A stretch of 63,822 nt of DNA, filler included, from Trichomonas gallinae (GCA_008369845.1; 8 parts of 8 records of this genome joined end to end with filler, not necessarily neighbours in it), one strand, 5' to 3'; positions 32,313 to 43,776 are shown, counted from the first letter of the whole stretch. A program made the numbers and translations. Notes: generated by a model not told the origin, from the letters alone.

Positions 32313-33611
32313 CTAAATGGTACTTGATAATCTCTTCCTTGGTGTGGCCGTGTACGCACGCATGTTAAACAATGCGCGATGCCTGAATTCTCCTGGAGTC
32401 TGACGCACGGCGACCTTTTCCGTGAAATAGTTATGCGAGGCAGATGATGTCATTGATTTCCTCGATACTGAAGAAACAGATGAATTCAATGACTGACTAG
32501 ATATCAAAGGCAGCCTGTTGAGTGTTATTGCACTCATTGTTTCGCGTCTTGCTGCTTTGACTTGCACATATTCGTTATTTAAAAAGTCAATTCTTTTCTC
32601 GCTGACTTTCACATCAGATTCCATGTCTCTCTTCACTGTGTTTTCTTCGCACTGCCAGAACTGTTCACGATTAGATACTGCTACTTGCTGGTTCTTCTTT
32701 ATCTGAACGATTTGGTCGTCGAGACATTGTCTCCATTCGCGAATAAACTGCTCTGTTTCTTGTTTTTCTAAATTATCAGCAATTGCTTTGAGTTTTTCGG
32801 CCTCTTTGTAGCTCTTTATTTGTACTAAAGCGTCTTCTTTTCTTCTTAAGTTCAAAAGATAAGAAGAATGTTTCATTCTTGATAATGGCGGATCTTTTTG
32901 CTTTTGTTCTTCAATTTTATGTATTTCGCATTCAAACTTTCTGTTTATGGAAGCAATATCGTCATTACGCTTCTTTTGGATCGTTGTAAGCAAGTTCTGC
33001 CATTTAATTTTATTTTTATCTGAAATGGATTTTGCGGTGCTCATTCTTAACGAGTAGTTTTTCAGCTGAGAGGACTGCATCTCTTTAACTGTGTTGAGCT
33101 GCGATGATTTTGTTAAAGAATCAATAATAAAATCACAATTTTCTGCATATGCAAAATCTTTCTTCTTTAATGCTTCTTGCTTCTTCTTAACTATCTCATA
33201 GACAAGTTCCTGTGTCTGTTTGTTTGTGTATTGCTTTGTAATACCATTTTCAAAAACGTAATTGACTTCAGCTTGAAGCTGTTCAGGTGTGTATACTTTT
33301 TGTGCCTTCTTATGTGACGTTTTATATGTTCTAAACATCCTAGAATACTCTTCACGTTTCGGATATTCTTTCATGTAGTTATGGAAGAATTCAAGTTTGT
33401 CAACCAAATCATCTTGCCTTTTGTAAAGTAATTCACTCCTTAATGTTTCGCTGTATTCAAGTAATGAAGGATATAATTTTGGATCAACAAAAAGGACATC
33501 AACACCGCCAAGCATTGCACGAAGGATATCATCGGGTGACTCATTGCATCCATTTTCAAATATGTAAATCCCGCTCTTCCCAAATTGTAACTGTTTGCCG
33601 TGTATGAACAT
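32313..33611 (-). CDS. Coiled-coil hypothetical protein (related to 25368-26513)
   Basis: KHSSYLLNLRRKEDAL...SYKEAEKLK motif within a charged helical region. Confidence 0.75.
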   Translation of the reverse strand: MFIHGKQLQFGKSGIYIFENGCNESPDDILRAMLGGVDVLFVDPKLYPSLLEYSETLRSELLYKRQDDLVDKLEFFHNYMKEYPKREEYSRMFRTYKTSHKKAQKVYTPEQLQAEVNYVFENGITKQYTNKQTQELVYEIVKKKQEALKKKDFAYAENCDFIIDSLTKSSQLNTVKEMQSSQLKNYSLRMSTAKSISDKNKIKWQNLLTTIQKKRNDDIASINRKFECEIHKIEEQKQKDPPLSRMKHSSYLLNLRRKEDALVQIKSYKEAEKLKAIADNLEKQETEQFIREWRQCLDDQIVQIKKNQQVAVSNREQFWQCEENTVKRDMESDVKVSEKRIDFLNNEYVQVKAARRETMSAITLNRLPLISSQSLNSSVSSVSRKSMTSSASHNYFTEKVAVRQTPGEFRHRALFNMRAYTATPRKRLSSTI

Positions 33612-35101
33612 TTGAGTAATTTTTTTTTACACTTCACAGCAAAAACAATGTAAATAAATGTATACGAATTTAAATAACACATTTTCTTTTGGCCATTTTC
33701 TAATTGAATTAATTGAATTTTTTTGTTATGGTTACACCTAGTTATTAATCAATCGATATATAATATGTAATAATATATGCAGGGGGTGAAACCATAAAAT
33801 CGAATTATGCAGGGTCTTAAGAAATTTTTACTAGTTTTTATTAGATATGTGTAATTGTAGCATATCAATTTTTAAAGGTCTAAGAAAAATTTCAATGAAA
33901 TTTCACAAATCAAAAACAATGAAATTTAAACACATATGTGCAAATAATATCATGGTCAAAATTGAATCAACAAACCAAAATAATAGTCAAATCAAGTTCT
34001 GTCATGTAAATATTATTTATAAAACATTTTTAGAATTTTCATATGATCCTATTGAATCTATATTGCCTTAGGTTGGAAATATTCTGTTTGGAAAACCAGG
34101 TAGCTATACTTTTCATTTGCTTCATCTTATTACTAAAAGATGAGTGGTATTGAAATTTGGATGTGTAAAGTTATTAATTGTCAATTTGTCAAAAATTAGG
34201 ATTTCAGTTTTTTGTTTTACACTCTAAAATAGGGTCTTGAAACATTATAAAGGGTATTTTCTTATACCATAGGATAAATCAAAGTTGTAATAAGGAATGG
34301 TAGTTGTAATTGCAAAACCTCATTTCATAGCTTATAAGAAACCCAATTATGACATTGTTTAAGTGAAAAAAGCTGCTGGAAAAACAAAAGGAATTTCAAC
34401 TTTCAAAACTTATTCGATTGGATATATTGTTTATATTTTGGTTTTATGTGTTATAACGATACTATATTTAATATGCACTAAAACAAAAGGATATGATTTT
34501 TTTGATGTTTATGTCACTTTTTGTGTGATGTAAAAATATTCGTGCGATGTAAAAGTTTTATTTTTTATTATAAAAGACTCTAGAAACAGTTGTGAACTAA
34601 ATCTTCCTCGACCTTTTTACATTGAATTTCATGAATACTCCATTCAATAATTTATGTGAGATTCTCAAAACATTAAAAGGACATTACATATTCTATAAAA
34701 TATATTAAATCAAATTACAAAAAATTTAAAAGTTCACAAAATTGCAAATCAAAGAATATGAATGTATATATCATATAAATGCATCATTTAAAACAAAACT
34801 CAATGTTTTAAAAAATTCTTTATTTCGATGTTAAATTATTTATCTACATGTAAAATAATGCTGAAAAATTTAATTATTTCAAGTTTATCATCGCTTGTCC
34901 GATCATCAATCACGCAAACACAAACTTCTCCATATGAATCATGTAGTACTAGACTGGAATGTTGTTGGTTATCGATTTATCCACAAATTTTTTAGATAAT
35001 TAAAAATTAGATGACTTAGACTACAAAGAGTATAAGTGAATAAAAATTGAAAACCCGTCACCGTCATTCACAAAATTTTGAGAAATCAACTGGTCATTTT
35101 G

Positions 35102-35578
35102 ATGATTTCATCTAAGATGATGCTTATCAAAACGTTCAATTCATCCAGGGGACAACGCAATTACTATGTTAACCCAGACAGTCTCATTAAGTCATTGCGA
35201 ACAGAAGAAGGAGAAGATGTTTTATTCCTTTTCAAGGGAATGCCTTTAATAGATACAATGACTTTTAAGTTTTACGATATGAATGATGGTGATGTTATAT
35301 GCACTATTCGTCCAAAAATTCGTTCATTTCTTGAAACAGAAAATGCGAGATTCGAACAATTAAGAGATATTGAGAAAGAAAGACTTAGACTTACAGATCT
35401 TTCTTACTCAAAGCTTGATTATTCTCCAGAATGTTTCAGAAAACAAGCTGAATTCAAGATTAAGATGCTCGAGAGTGACTACTTAACCCCCAAATTCATG
35501 AGGCCACAGCCATTGTTCACACCAATTCCAGCTACTCAGCCATCAAATACTCCACTTCCTATGGTTTGGAGTGCGTAA
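35102..35578 (+). CDS. Small protein with N-terminal ubiquitin-like domain
   Basis: IKSL...FLFKGMPL.D.MTFKFYDMNDGDVI is Ubl-like; C-terminal PLPMVW. TCATTTT Inr lies just before ATG 35102. Confidence 0.65.
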   Translation: MISSKMMLIKTFNSSRGQRNYYVNPDSLIKSLRTEEGEDVLFLFKGMPLIDTMTFKFYDMNDGDVICTIRPKIRSFLETENARFEQLRDIEKERLRLTDLSYSKLDYSPECFRKQAEFKIKMLESDYLTPKFMRPQPLFTPIPATQPSNTPLPMVWSA

Positions 35579-36088
35579 ATATTGTATCTGTTTTTTGTTT
35601 TGTATATATTATAAATGTTGCGTGTATCTTAAACCTATTCTTTGTTTCCCAGCGATTAATCCATGAATAGCCGGCCAATTAATTTCATCGCAAATGAATC
35701 TCAGGAGTTATCATATAAGGGCGTAATATTTGTATTATATGTCTCATTAGAATATATGTACTAACATCGATTTTTGGAAATACTCACTTCACATGATCAA
35801 AACATAATAAAATCATTCGTCCTCATTGAAATGCTAATATTTAACAAGACTAATGTTATATGATGCGGAGATAATGAGGTAAATCATTCTTTATTACATC
35901 GAAATTCGAAGATAATAAAACCAATAAATGTGTCAAAGTATTATGTAACATGATGTTAAACATCAAATTAAGATCGTATTCAAAATTCAAAATTTAAAAA
36001 TGAGCATTGATGATTTTATATTAAAAATATTTATGTTTCTAATGTGTATGAAGCTTTTTAGAAAAAAATACATATATATTTATTCAAT

Positions 36089-38050
36089 TTATAAGTCCAT
36101 CCAGTAGTTCATAGCGTTGATGATTTCCTTGTCGCGATGGACGTATGTGTATCCAGATCCAGAGTAAGGAACGGCGTTTGGATTGTATGCTTTGGTGTAT
36201 GTTCTTGACTTGCATGATTCGCAAGATAATGTGCACTTTGAGCAGTCAGATTGACCATCAGGGATAGAGTGAACACTATTTGGTCCCCAATAATATGAAG
36301 AAAGAATGAGTCTGATTGGTGCCGCGTTTTTATTATCGTAGCTGAAACCGTTTGGATCCTTGAATAGTTTAACCTCGTAATTTCTGTGATCACTTGGTGG
36401 GCAGCCTTTTACTAACACGCAGCCATCACCATGCATATCTCTAGATGATGATCCATCATTCTGCTGATCGTGGTCATCATTTTGGATGACTTTTCTCCTG
36501 ACATCGATTGATCCGTTGTCATTTCCTGGCTCAGTTGGATATCCGCACCACCAGATCTTGATCTTGAGAATTTCGTCGTCTGTCAAACCGTTTGCCTTGA
36601 GCTGCTTCGTGAGACCGCCTGTGTAAGAATAGTCGCCATCGCCTTGAACAAGTAGATAAGCTTCGCCGCCTGTCAAAACTTCGAGCCAAGAAATGAAATC
36701 GGCTGGAAGAGATCCGCCGAGTCCTTGCTTGACTTTTCCGAATATTGCAGCAAGATCAGCTGGATGGATATGTTTGGCAGCATCAATTCTGTATCCAGAG
36801 AAGCCGATGGAAATCAGGTCAATCATGAAATCAGCGATTCTCTGCCTGACGTATTCCTTTGAAGTGTCTAAGTCAGTAAGACCAGAAAGCCAGCCAGTGT
36901 TGAGGATGTTAGGATCTGACCACGAGTTGAGTGCTTTGTCACAGTGGAAGTCCTCAGGTCCATAAGGGACAGCCGGGAACTCCAAAACGTTTGTGCCTCT
37001 GCCAGTCCATGGATTTGTTTCGTATGTGAATGAAGCTGTGTAGTATGGTGAGCCGAGCTCGTATGCTGATGATGTCTTGTTGCCCCACTTAGTGCATCCG
37101 GCGCCTGGATTTCTGTGATTATTCAAGTCATTGCCTGCACCACTCATGTGATTGACGACAGCATCAGCGTAAACTCTTACGCCGAGTCTTCTGCATGTGT
37201 TGATCATCTTGCGAAGCTGGTCGCGTGTGCCCATTCTGCCCTGGAGTCTGTATGAGACTGGCTGGTACATGAAATACCAGGGATTAAGCTCGCCTTCGAA
37301 TGTTTGCGAAGACATAACTTGCTCTTGGTGTGGGAAAACTTTTAAGCCGAGATAGCCATTATCTGCAAGGAATTGGCACTCCTGCTCAATATCTTCATCT
37401 GGCCAGCCGAACAATTCAACGATTGCACCCTTTTGGCCGCTTCTGTAACGATAATCTTTGTTTCTTGTTCCAATTGGAGCGGCATTCCAGACGAAATCGA
37501 TATCATCTAGTATGAGAGATTCTCCTGTCTCAGCCTCGATCTTTACTTTAAGTTGTTTGCTGTATGATGAATCGAATGTTTTAGAATTTGATGTTTGTGC
37601 TTCACCATCGAAGATGTATTTGAGTTTGAGTTCCTTAGCTGTCTTTGTAATGATGTTGACTGTGCATGATTTCATTCCTGCAGAATACTTTAATTGTGCA
37701 TAACCAGTAAGAACGTTCATATCCTGGAATCCTGGCTTCCAACGCTCTTCTCCACGTGGTGGTGTGTTCCATAAGTTGCCAAACCACTTAGAATCCATTG
37801 CACCTCCTGATCCAGAGCAAGACATCGAAGGATAAATGTCGCAATTCTTAAGTGGATCGTATTGATTGGCTACACCAAACCTAGAAGTATAGAAAACAGT
37901 AAGCATTGTCGCAACAACAACAATAAAGATGATTGATGCAGCGATTAATGCCCATTTTCTCCAGTTTGTCTTCTTAGCGCCTTCTCTGTCGATAGACTCC
38001 ATGTCCTCTTGATCCATTAGCATTGGATCGGCATTCACTTTCTCCATCAT
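36089..38050 (-). CDS. Type II membrane-anchored alpha-amylase (GH13)
   Basis: N-terminal TM; IVELFGW, YQPVSY, VYADAVVNHM, GYRIDAAKH (nucleophile), WLEV (acid/base), QNDDHD. Confidence 0.93.
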   Translation of the reverse strand: MMEKVNADPMLMDQEDMESIDREGAKKTNWRKWALIAASIIFIVVVATMLTVFYTSRFGVANQYDPLKNCDIYPSMSCSGSGGAMDSKWFGNLWNTPPRGEERWKPGFQDMNVLTGYAQLKYSAGMKSCTVNIITKTAKELKLKYIFDGEAQTSNSKTFDSSYSKQLKVKIEAETGESLILDDIDFVWNAAPIGTRNKDYRYRSGQKGAIVELFGWPDEDIEQECQFLADNGYLGLKVFPHQEQVMSSQTFEGELNPWYFMYQPVSYRLQGRMGTRDQLRKMINTCRRLGVRVYADAVVNHMSGAGNDLNNHRNPGAGCTKWGNKTSSAYELGSPYYTASFTYETNPWTGRGTNVLEFPAVPYGPEDFHCDKALNSWSDPNILNTGWLSGLTDLDTSKEYVRQRIADFMIDLISIGFSGYRIDAAKHIHPADLAAIFGKVKQGLGGSLPADFISWLEVLTGGEAYLLVQGDGDYSYTGGLTKQLKANGLTDDEILKIKIWWCGYPTEPGNDNGSIDVRRKVIQNDDHDQQNDGSSSRDMHGDGCVLVKGCPPSDHRNYEVKLFKDPNGFSYDNKNAAPIRLILSSYYWGPNSVHSIPDGQSDCSKCTLSCESCKSRTYTKAYNPNAVPYSGSGYTYVHRDKEIINAMNYWMDL

Positions 38051-38057
38051 TTGTAAT

Positions 38058-38063
38058 AAATGA
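38058..38063 (-). promoter_or_regulatory. Initiator (Inr) TCATTT
   Basis: Lies 8-13 nt upstream of the amylase ATG. Confidence 0.55.
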
Positions 38064-38490
38064 AGTAAATTGTTTTGATTTGTTTACAAGAATTTCCCTC
38101 TCAATTTTGGCTAGACGACGATTATCGTACCGGAAAAATGATTTTAATTATTTTTATATTTTCTATAGATGTGACATATTATTTTAACTCTCTGAAAAGT
38201 GACCACTAAATCACTGAAAAGTGAAAACTGACACTTTATAAATGATATCTAAAAATATAGCGAAACTTTCTATGATATTTAGAGAGTTATTCAGTGGTAT
38301 AATGAAGTATCAATCGTGAGACATATATTATTCAGTGACATAATTCAGTATCAATATTGTTTTAGCTGTCAAATACGGAAATTTTACAACCTCAAATTTG
38401 AAAAGTGACAGGGTATAAATGTCATTGTAAATATACAAAGGTCAAATTTTTAATCAGGGGGTGCATCGAAATTTAATACATTAAAGAACA

Positions 38491-38574
38491 CGATTTTGGT
38501 CAGCTCTCAGTCTCAACGAGTGTAATGAGCCAGTGATGCTCTTGCACTGATTGAGAATGGGAGCTGGCAGAGTG
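38491..38574 (+). ncRNA. Candidate structured RNA: near-fully paired hairpin
   Basis: gtcagctctca/tgggagctggc, tctcaa/ttgaga, agtgtaa/ttgcact and gagc/gctc all pair. Non-Watson-Crick stem pairs are G-U on the + strand. Confidence 0.45.
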
Positions 38575-38820
38575 ATTATTTTTAGCATGAGATCAATTTG
38601 TGAAATGTGTGTGTTCTTCTATAATATATATCATATTATTGAAATAGATATATCACACAGTTTTAAAAACAGTTCATGTAAAATCTTTTTTTGAGCGAAT
38701 TTATAATTATATTACAGGATTTTCTTCCACTAATCGAATCTTTCAATTAACATCATAAACTATTTCGCAAATAAGGCCGAGTTGCGATTCAGGTCCAATG
38801 AATCATCAAAAGCGTGACTC

Positions 38821-39020
38821 TATGATATATACAGAGTTTTTCAGTGGTATAATGGAGTATCTATATCTGGAGATTAGAGTGCTTCTTCACGCATTCTCTA
38901 CCTTCAAATGAAAAGCTGAAACTGATACCTAAATTATTTAAAAGGTACCTCGGAGGTTTGAAAATCTGAATTTTGGATCCATTCTTCGTATATATGGACC
39001 ACAGACCATATGGATACTCC
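38821..39020. mobile_element. Putative inverted-repeat element (MITE-like) truncated at gap
   Basis: ggagtatctatat (38854-38866) is inverted relative to atatggatactcc (39008-39020) at the contig end. Its left flank is repeated at ~38271-38314. Confidence 0.4.
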
Positions 39021-39120
39021 NNNNNNNNNNNNNNNNNNNNNNNNNNNNNNNNNNNNNNNNNNNNTTAATTAATTAANNNNNNNNNNNNNNNNNNNNNNNN
39101 NNNNNNNNNNNNNNNNNNNN

Positions 39121-39336
39121 CAGCTCAAGAAGAACTCCAAGGTTGTCACAGCCTTCGTTCCACGCGATGGTTCCCTCCGTCTCATCGATGATAACGACCG
39201 CGTTCTCATCGCTGGTATGGGCCGCTCTGGCCGTTCCGTCGGTGACCTTCCAGGATGCCGTTTCAAAGTCATCAAGGTTGCTGGTTTCTCACTCCTCGCT
39301 CTCTGGCTCGGAAAGAAGGAAAAGCCGCGCAGCTAA
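39121..39336 (+). CDS. RPS23: 40S ribosomal protein S23 (uS12), 3' part; 5' part in gap
   Basis: [19 protein letters not shown]...[44 protein letters not shown]. Missed by the ORF track. Confidence 0.97.
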   Translation, partial: QLKKNSKVVTAFVPRDGSLRLIDDNDRVLIAGMGRSGRSVGDLPGCRFKVIKVAGFSLLALWLGKKEKPRS

Positions 39337-39805
39337 AATACTAAATTGCTAATATATTTTGCTTGAATACCTTTATTACCGTTTTAATTCGCGATATTTT
39401 GATCGACCATCGTTATTTTGAAAGTCCGATTTTTCTTTAATATACAACATATTTAACCCCTTCACTTTATGTTTTGATGACCTGGTTTGATTTTAATGTA
39501 ATATTTTTTCATCGAATTTTATTTTTACCCATAACTTATAGTTTTAACTAATTATTTGGATCTTATACAACTATTTAAGAATATTTATCATATTCTTGTT
39601 CCTTAATTTATTAATGATATCTTTTTGATTTTGAATATCGATTTTATATTAATATTATTCAAAAATATACTAAATTATATCCAAAAATCTAAATTCTTGT
39701 GCTTGAGAGCTTGATATCAAAAGAAAAAAATGTGAATAAATTAAAACACAACAAATAGAGCTTTATCTAATAAAAACATAACATATTCAAGTATTCATAC
39801 AAACA

Positions 39806-41050
39806 TTATTCGATGATTTTGTCATCAGTAAGATTTTGTATCGAAGATTCGATCGATGTTAAAGCAAACATCGCATTAAGTGGTGTAACAGTAGACATTT
39901 CATCTGGTGAGCCATCCCATGAACAGCCAAGCAAATTGAACAACTCATCGATTTCTTTATAGATATCTGAGTATTTTGCTTCTTCTTCATCGCACTGTTT
40001 CTTTATTTCTTCGTATTCTTTAGTTGCTTCCGCGATTTGTTCATTGACTTCTTTTAATCCAGCATTTGCTTCCTCAATTTCTTCACTTTCACCTTCTTGT
40101 TTTATAATTTTCTCCTGCTGAGCTTCTAAGGCTTCGACTTCTTCGAGTAATTTCTTCTTATTTGCAGAATGTTCCAAAACAAAATTATAAAGTGAGCAAT
40201 TTTCTCGTTCTAGACGGTCGGCTTCAGCAATAACCTCTTCAATCGACTTCATATTTAGCAATTTTAGTGTCTTGTTTATTCTATTGCGATACATTTCAGT
40301 CTGTGCTGATAAATTGTTTGTTCTATGATCAGGTTTTTGCTTTGTTGACTGTTTGGACTGTATTTCCATTCCTTCTTCAATTGTCTTTTGCAACTCATCC
40401 ATTTTTTCCGCATAGAAATCAGCTGCTTCTTTGTTCGAAATTTTTAGCTGATCAATTTCATCTTGAATGGCTTCCTTCTGTTCATCATAGTTGCGCTTGT
40501 TCTCATGGCTTGTTTTCTGCGGTGAACTTGGCTGGCTTTGTTTTTCATCTTGAATTGGCGGAGTTGCTTTTCGTAAATTATCAAGCTGTTCACGTTTTTC
40601 AGCTAATATAACTAAGTTTTGATTATATTTGATCGTTGATTTCTGTAATTTTGCTTCCATATCTTTGATTTGAGAAACTAATTGCTCACTTTCTCGAGTT
40701 TGAGTATAACTTGCACCAACTCTGGTCTTTGCTTTGGATAAGCTGTCTTCTAAAGCCTTTCTTTTCTGATCTTCTGATGCGAATTCGTTTGATAAGATTT
40801 GTAATTTGTTTGTTAAATTTCTTTCGAGCTGTTTGAGTCGAGAAAGTTCATCCATATCGTTATTTAATTTGCTTATATCACCAAATTCGTCATTTTTAGG
40901 TCTGTAAGCCATAAATGGATCTTTTTCACGTATCCTAGACTTAGCACGCTGCTCTTTCTTTATTTGGGAGAGAGCTTCGCTTTGTGGGCGTCCCATTGCC
41001 TTCACTTTCGCTCGAAATTTATCCTGAGGCGAAAGAAGGGAAGCACACAT
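39806..41050 (-). CDS. Coiled-coil protein resembling outer dynein arm docking complex subunits (CCDC114/CCDC63-like)
   Basis: Long coiled coil with LERENCSLYNFVLE and VTPLNAMFALTSIE. First ATG at 41050 with TCATT upstream. Confidence 0.55.
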   Translation of the reverse strand: MCASLLSPQDKFRAKVKAMGRPQSEALSQIKKEQRAKSRIREKDPFMAYRPKNDEFGDISKLNNDMDELSRLKQLERNLTNKLQILSNEFASEDQKRKALEDSLSKAKTRVGASYTQTRESEQLVSQIKDMEAKLQKSTIKYNQNLVILAEKREQLDNLRKATPPIQDEKQSQPSSPQKTSHENKRNYDEQKEAIQDEIDQLKISNKEAADFYAEKMDELQKTIEEGMEIQSKQSTKQKPDHRTNNLSAQTEMYRNRINKTLKLLNMKSIEEVIAEADRLERENCSLYNFVLEHSANKKKLLEEVEALEAQQEKIIKQEGESEEIEEANAGLKEVNEQIAEATKEYEEIKKQCDEEEAKYSDIYKEIDELFNLLGCSWDGSPDEMSTVTPLNAMFALTSIESSIQNLTDDKIIE

Positions 41051-41675
41051 GATATTAGATAACGAATGAAAAATCGTGACATTACATGACAAAAAATTAT
41101 CTTACATGACATATTTTTAAAACCTTCATTACACGTCAGATTTTATTTTTACATATCATATTTTTAAAACATTTATTCTCAATAAAACAATGTATATTTG
41201 AACCTTTTAGGGGGTATTCTACTTATTTCAATGAAAATTATATCACATTTTTGAAATTTTATTATATCAAATCATAAATTACAGTTAAATACACAATGCA
41301 AATACCATATTAGATTATAGTTGAATGAGTATATATTATTCACATCGAGCCTATTGATAAAACAGTTAATAAACATGTTATTGATTTAATATTTTGATTA
41401 TAGAACTAATTTTCATCACTCCTCTTGGTATATAACTTTAATTATTAAAAATTTATAATTTCTACAATTCCAAAGAACTACATTATGCATGATTAATTAG
41501 GAAAATATTTTTTGATTTCGATAACTCACTGAAAATATACACTGATATCTGCATAACAGGCTGTTTATAGGCTATATAAGAAATCACATGAAACATTTTT
41601 TAAAAAATTCCTATCGATTAAATTTTTGACACGTTTATCTATCGATTGATTTTACAAAAAAAGAATATATAAGAA

Positions 41676-42401
41676 ATGACTTTCCTCCTTAAGAAAGCTA
41701 TGGCAAAAGTTATGGATGTCATCGGCGCTTATCCAGAGTTCGATGAAGTCGTCGATGCCCTCAAGAGGATGTCAAAGAACGAGCACGAGCTCATCGATTC
41801 GATGGATAAAGCTTTCGGCGACCCATACGAATTATTCGTCAAGGGACAAAACCCAGCTGTTTCAAACGCGCTCAAGCCAGTTGGCCTCTCAATGAAGCAC
41901 CAAGTTAAAGTTATGAACGAATGTTTTGAACGTATTTCTACATTACCGGAAGTTTTAGCGCCACTCAAGTCAGATCACAAAGAATTCGTCAAGGCTCATA
42001 AGGAGCACTTCGCAGTTGTTGAACAGCACAACAAAGCACAGCAAGATTTAGTTGCTGCCAAAGATTTCCTCGATAAACAACAGACAGGATCTCCATACCG
42101 CCTCACAGCAGAAGAGGGTGTCAAGAATGCCGAAAATAAAGTGGCTGAAACAAAGGCTGCACTCGATAAATCATTACAGACATATGCTTCTTCTCTTCAT
42201 GAGTATGAAGACAAATTCATCGAACAACTTACAACAATCCTCGGCACAGCAGCTGCTGAGCGCCAGAAACTCGCTGCTGAGCAACGTAAAATTGCTCACG
42301 ACATTGCAGAATCCATCAAGACAATCACAGCATACAATGATAGATCTATTCCAAAGCTAAAGCAAGCTTTGAAGGATCTTGATTACGAAGTTGTCGATTA
42401 A
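41676..42401 (+). CDS. Helical-bundle (BAR-like) hypothetical protein
   Basis: 241-aa all-helical ORF with strong C-ending codon bias. Confidence 0.65.
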   Translation: MTFLLKKAMAKVMDVIGAYPEFDEVVDALKRMSKNEHELIDSMDKAFGDPYELFVKGQNPAVSNALKPVGLSMKHQVKVMNECFERISTLPEVLAPLKSDHKEFVKAHKEHFAVVEQHNKAQQDLVAAKDFLDKQQTGSPYRLTAEEGVKNAENKVAETKAALDKSLQTYASSLHEYEDKFIEQLTTILGTAAAERQKLAAEQRKIAHDIAESIKTITAYNDRSIPKLKQALKDLDYEVVD

Positions 42402-43776
42402 CTATCTTAAAATTGAAATTTTACTTTTCATATATATTCATTTAGTAATATGATACCCCACACACCATATATTTAATACATATAACAAATCAAAGATGAT
42501 TGTAGCTTAAATTTTTATTGAACAAAGAAATGAATGGATTCTGCATCATATGTTTCTATTCAAAGTTTTAATACATTGTGTGAATCAATAATATGAGAGA
42601 TTGAAATAATCATCATGAATATCTAATAAATCTACATTACAGTCTAAAAATTGATTAATAATAATGCATAAAAACCAATAGAAATTATATTCATCATTCC
42701 TTTCAACTCGTTTCTCATGTTTTCATATTTTTGATATCTAGATTTCTCATAAATCATGAATTATATCCGTTGAAAATACATTTTTCATATATATATGGAT
42801 GATTATAATCATTTGCTCGTCTAGAATGCAATATTGGTCAATGGCAATGTTTCTGTCAATTGCAACATTTTGTCTATTGAGTTTATTACTCAACTGTTGA
42901 TGGAAAATTATTTGGATACATGTATTGATTATCATCCATCCGATAAGTAGCAGGATTAAAATGAATTTCTTGTCTCAAATTTTTGGTTCTCCAAATTTTT
43001 ATTCAAAAACATGATGAATAGATACCTATGACACAGAAATAACTATTTGTTAGGTTAATTCAACCAGAACTAAACGACACAGGGAGATGAAACCGTAATA
43101 GGCTTCTTAACGATGAGAACAATCATATGCTACTCCCATTATTTAGCATTTCGACTGAGTTTTTTGTCTGATCAATCCGGTAAAGCATTTTATGTTGATC
43201 TCTCAATTTTTGATCACTCTCCACTAATTATTTTTGAAGGAATGTTAAAATATAAAACGAATAATAGATAAGAACTATTTGCGAGTTTTTCATTAGAGTT
43301 ACGGGTGTGTTCGAAAAATTAAAATTTTGTCATATTTATTGTTACTATTCATCCGACTAAAATAATCGTAAACCTATTAAAGTAGATTTGTTAAGTTTAC
43401 ATTAACACTTTCTTCTGAATTTTTCGTAACTAATTTTTCTTGATTAAACAATTCATAAACATGTTAATAGCAAATACTATACAATCTCTCAATTTTTTTG
43501 TAACTGATTTTTATTGATAAAATCATTCATAACTATGTATATAGCAAATGTTAAAGTTTCTTTCAAAATTTTTCCATTATAAAATCATTGTAAATAATTT
43601 TTTAATCTTTACAACCAAATTGTATATGGTTATTTTTTGAGAGCACATTGAAATTTTTCAACAAATCCTTTTGTTGAAAATAATTATAATTAGATATAAT
43701 ACTAAAATAAAATACTAAAATATTTTTTTGAATTCAACTTTTGTTTTATTTTTTAAAAGGGATTCGTGATATAGTG

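Noticed and set aside
36411..36422. ACTAACACGCAG, close to the trichomonad intron 3' motif ACTAACACACAG
   Set aside because: Antisense to an uninterrupted amylase ORF, with no matching 5' splice site.
38854..39020. RNase P/MRP- or SRP-like RNA (closing stem, GGAGGUUUGA/CAGACC complementarity)
   Set aside because: Too short between the putative CR-I and CR-V, no SRP helix-8 GNRA motif, and better explained as terminal inverted repeats. An Infernal search would settle it.
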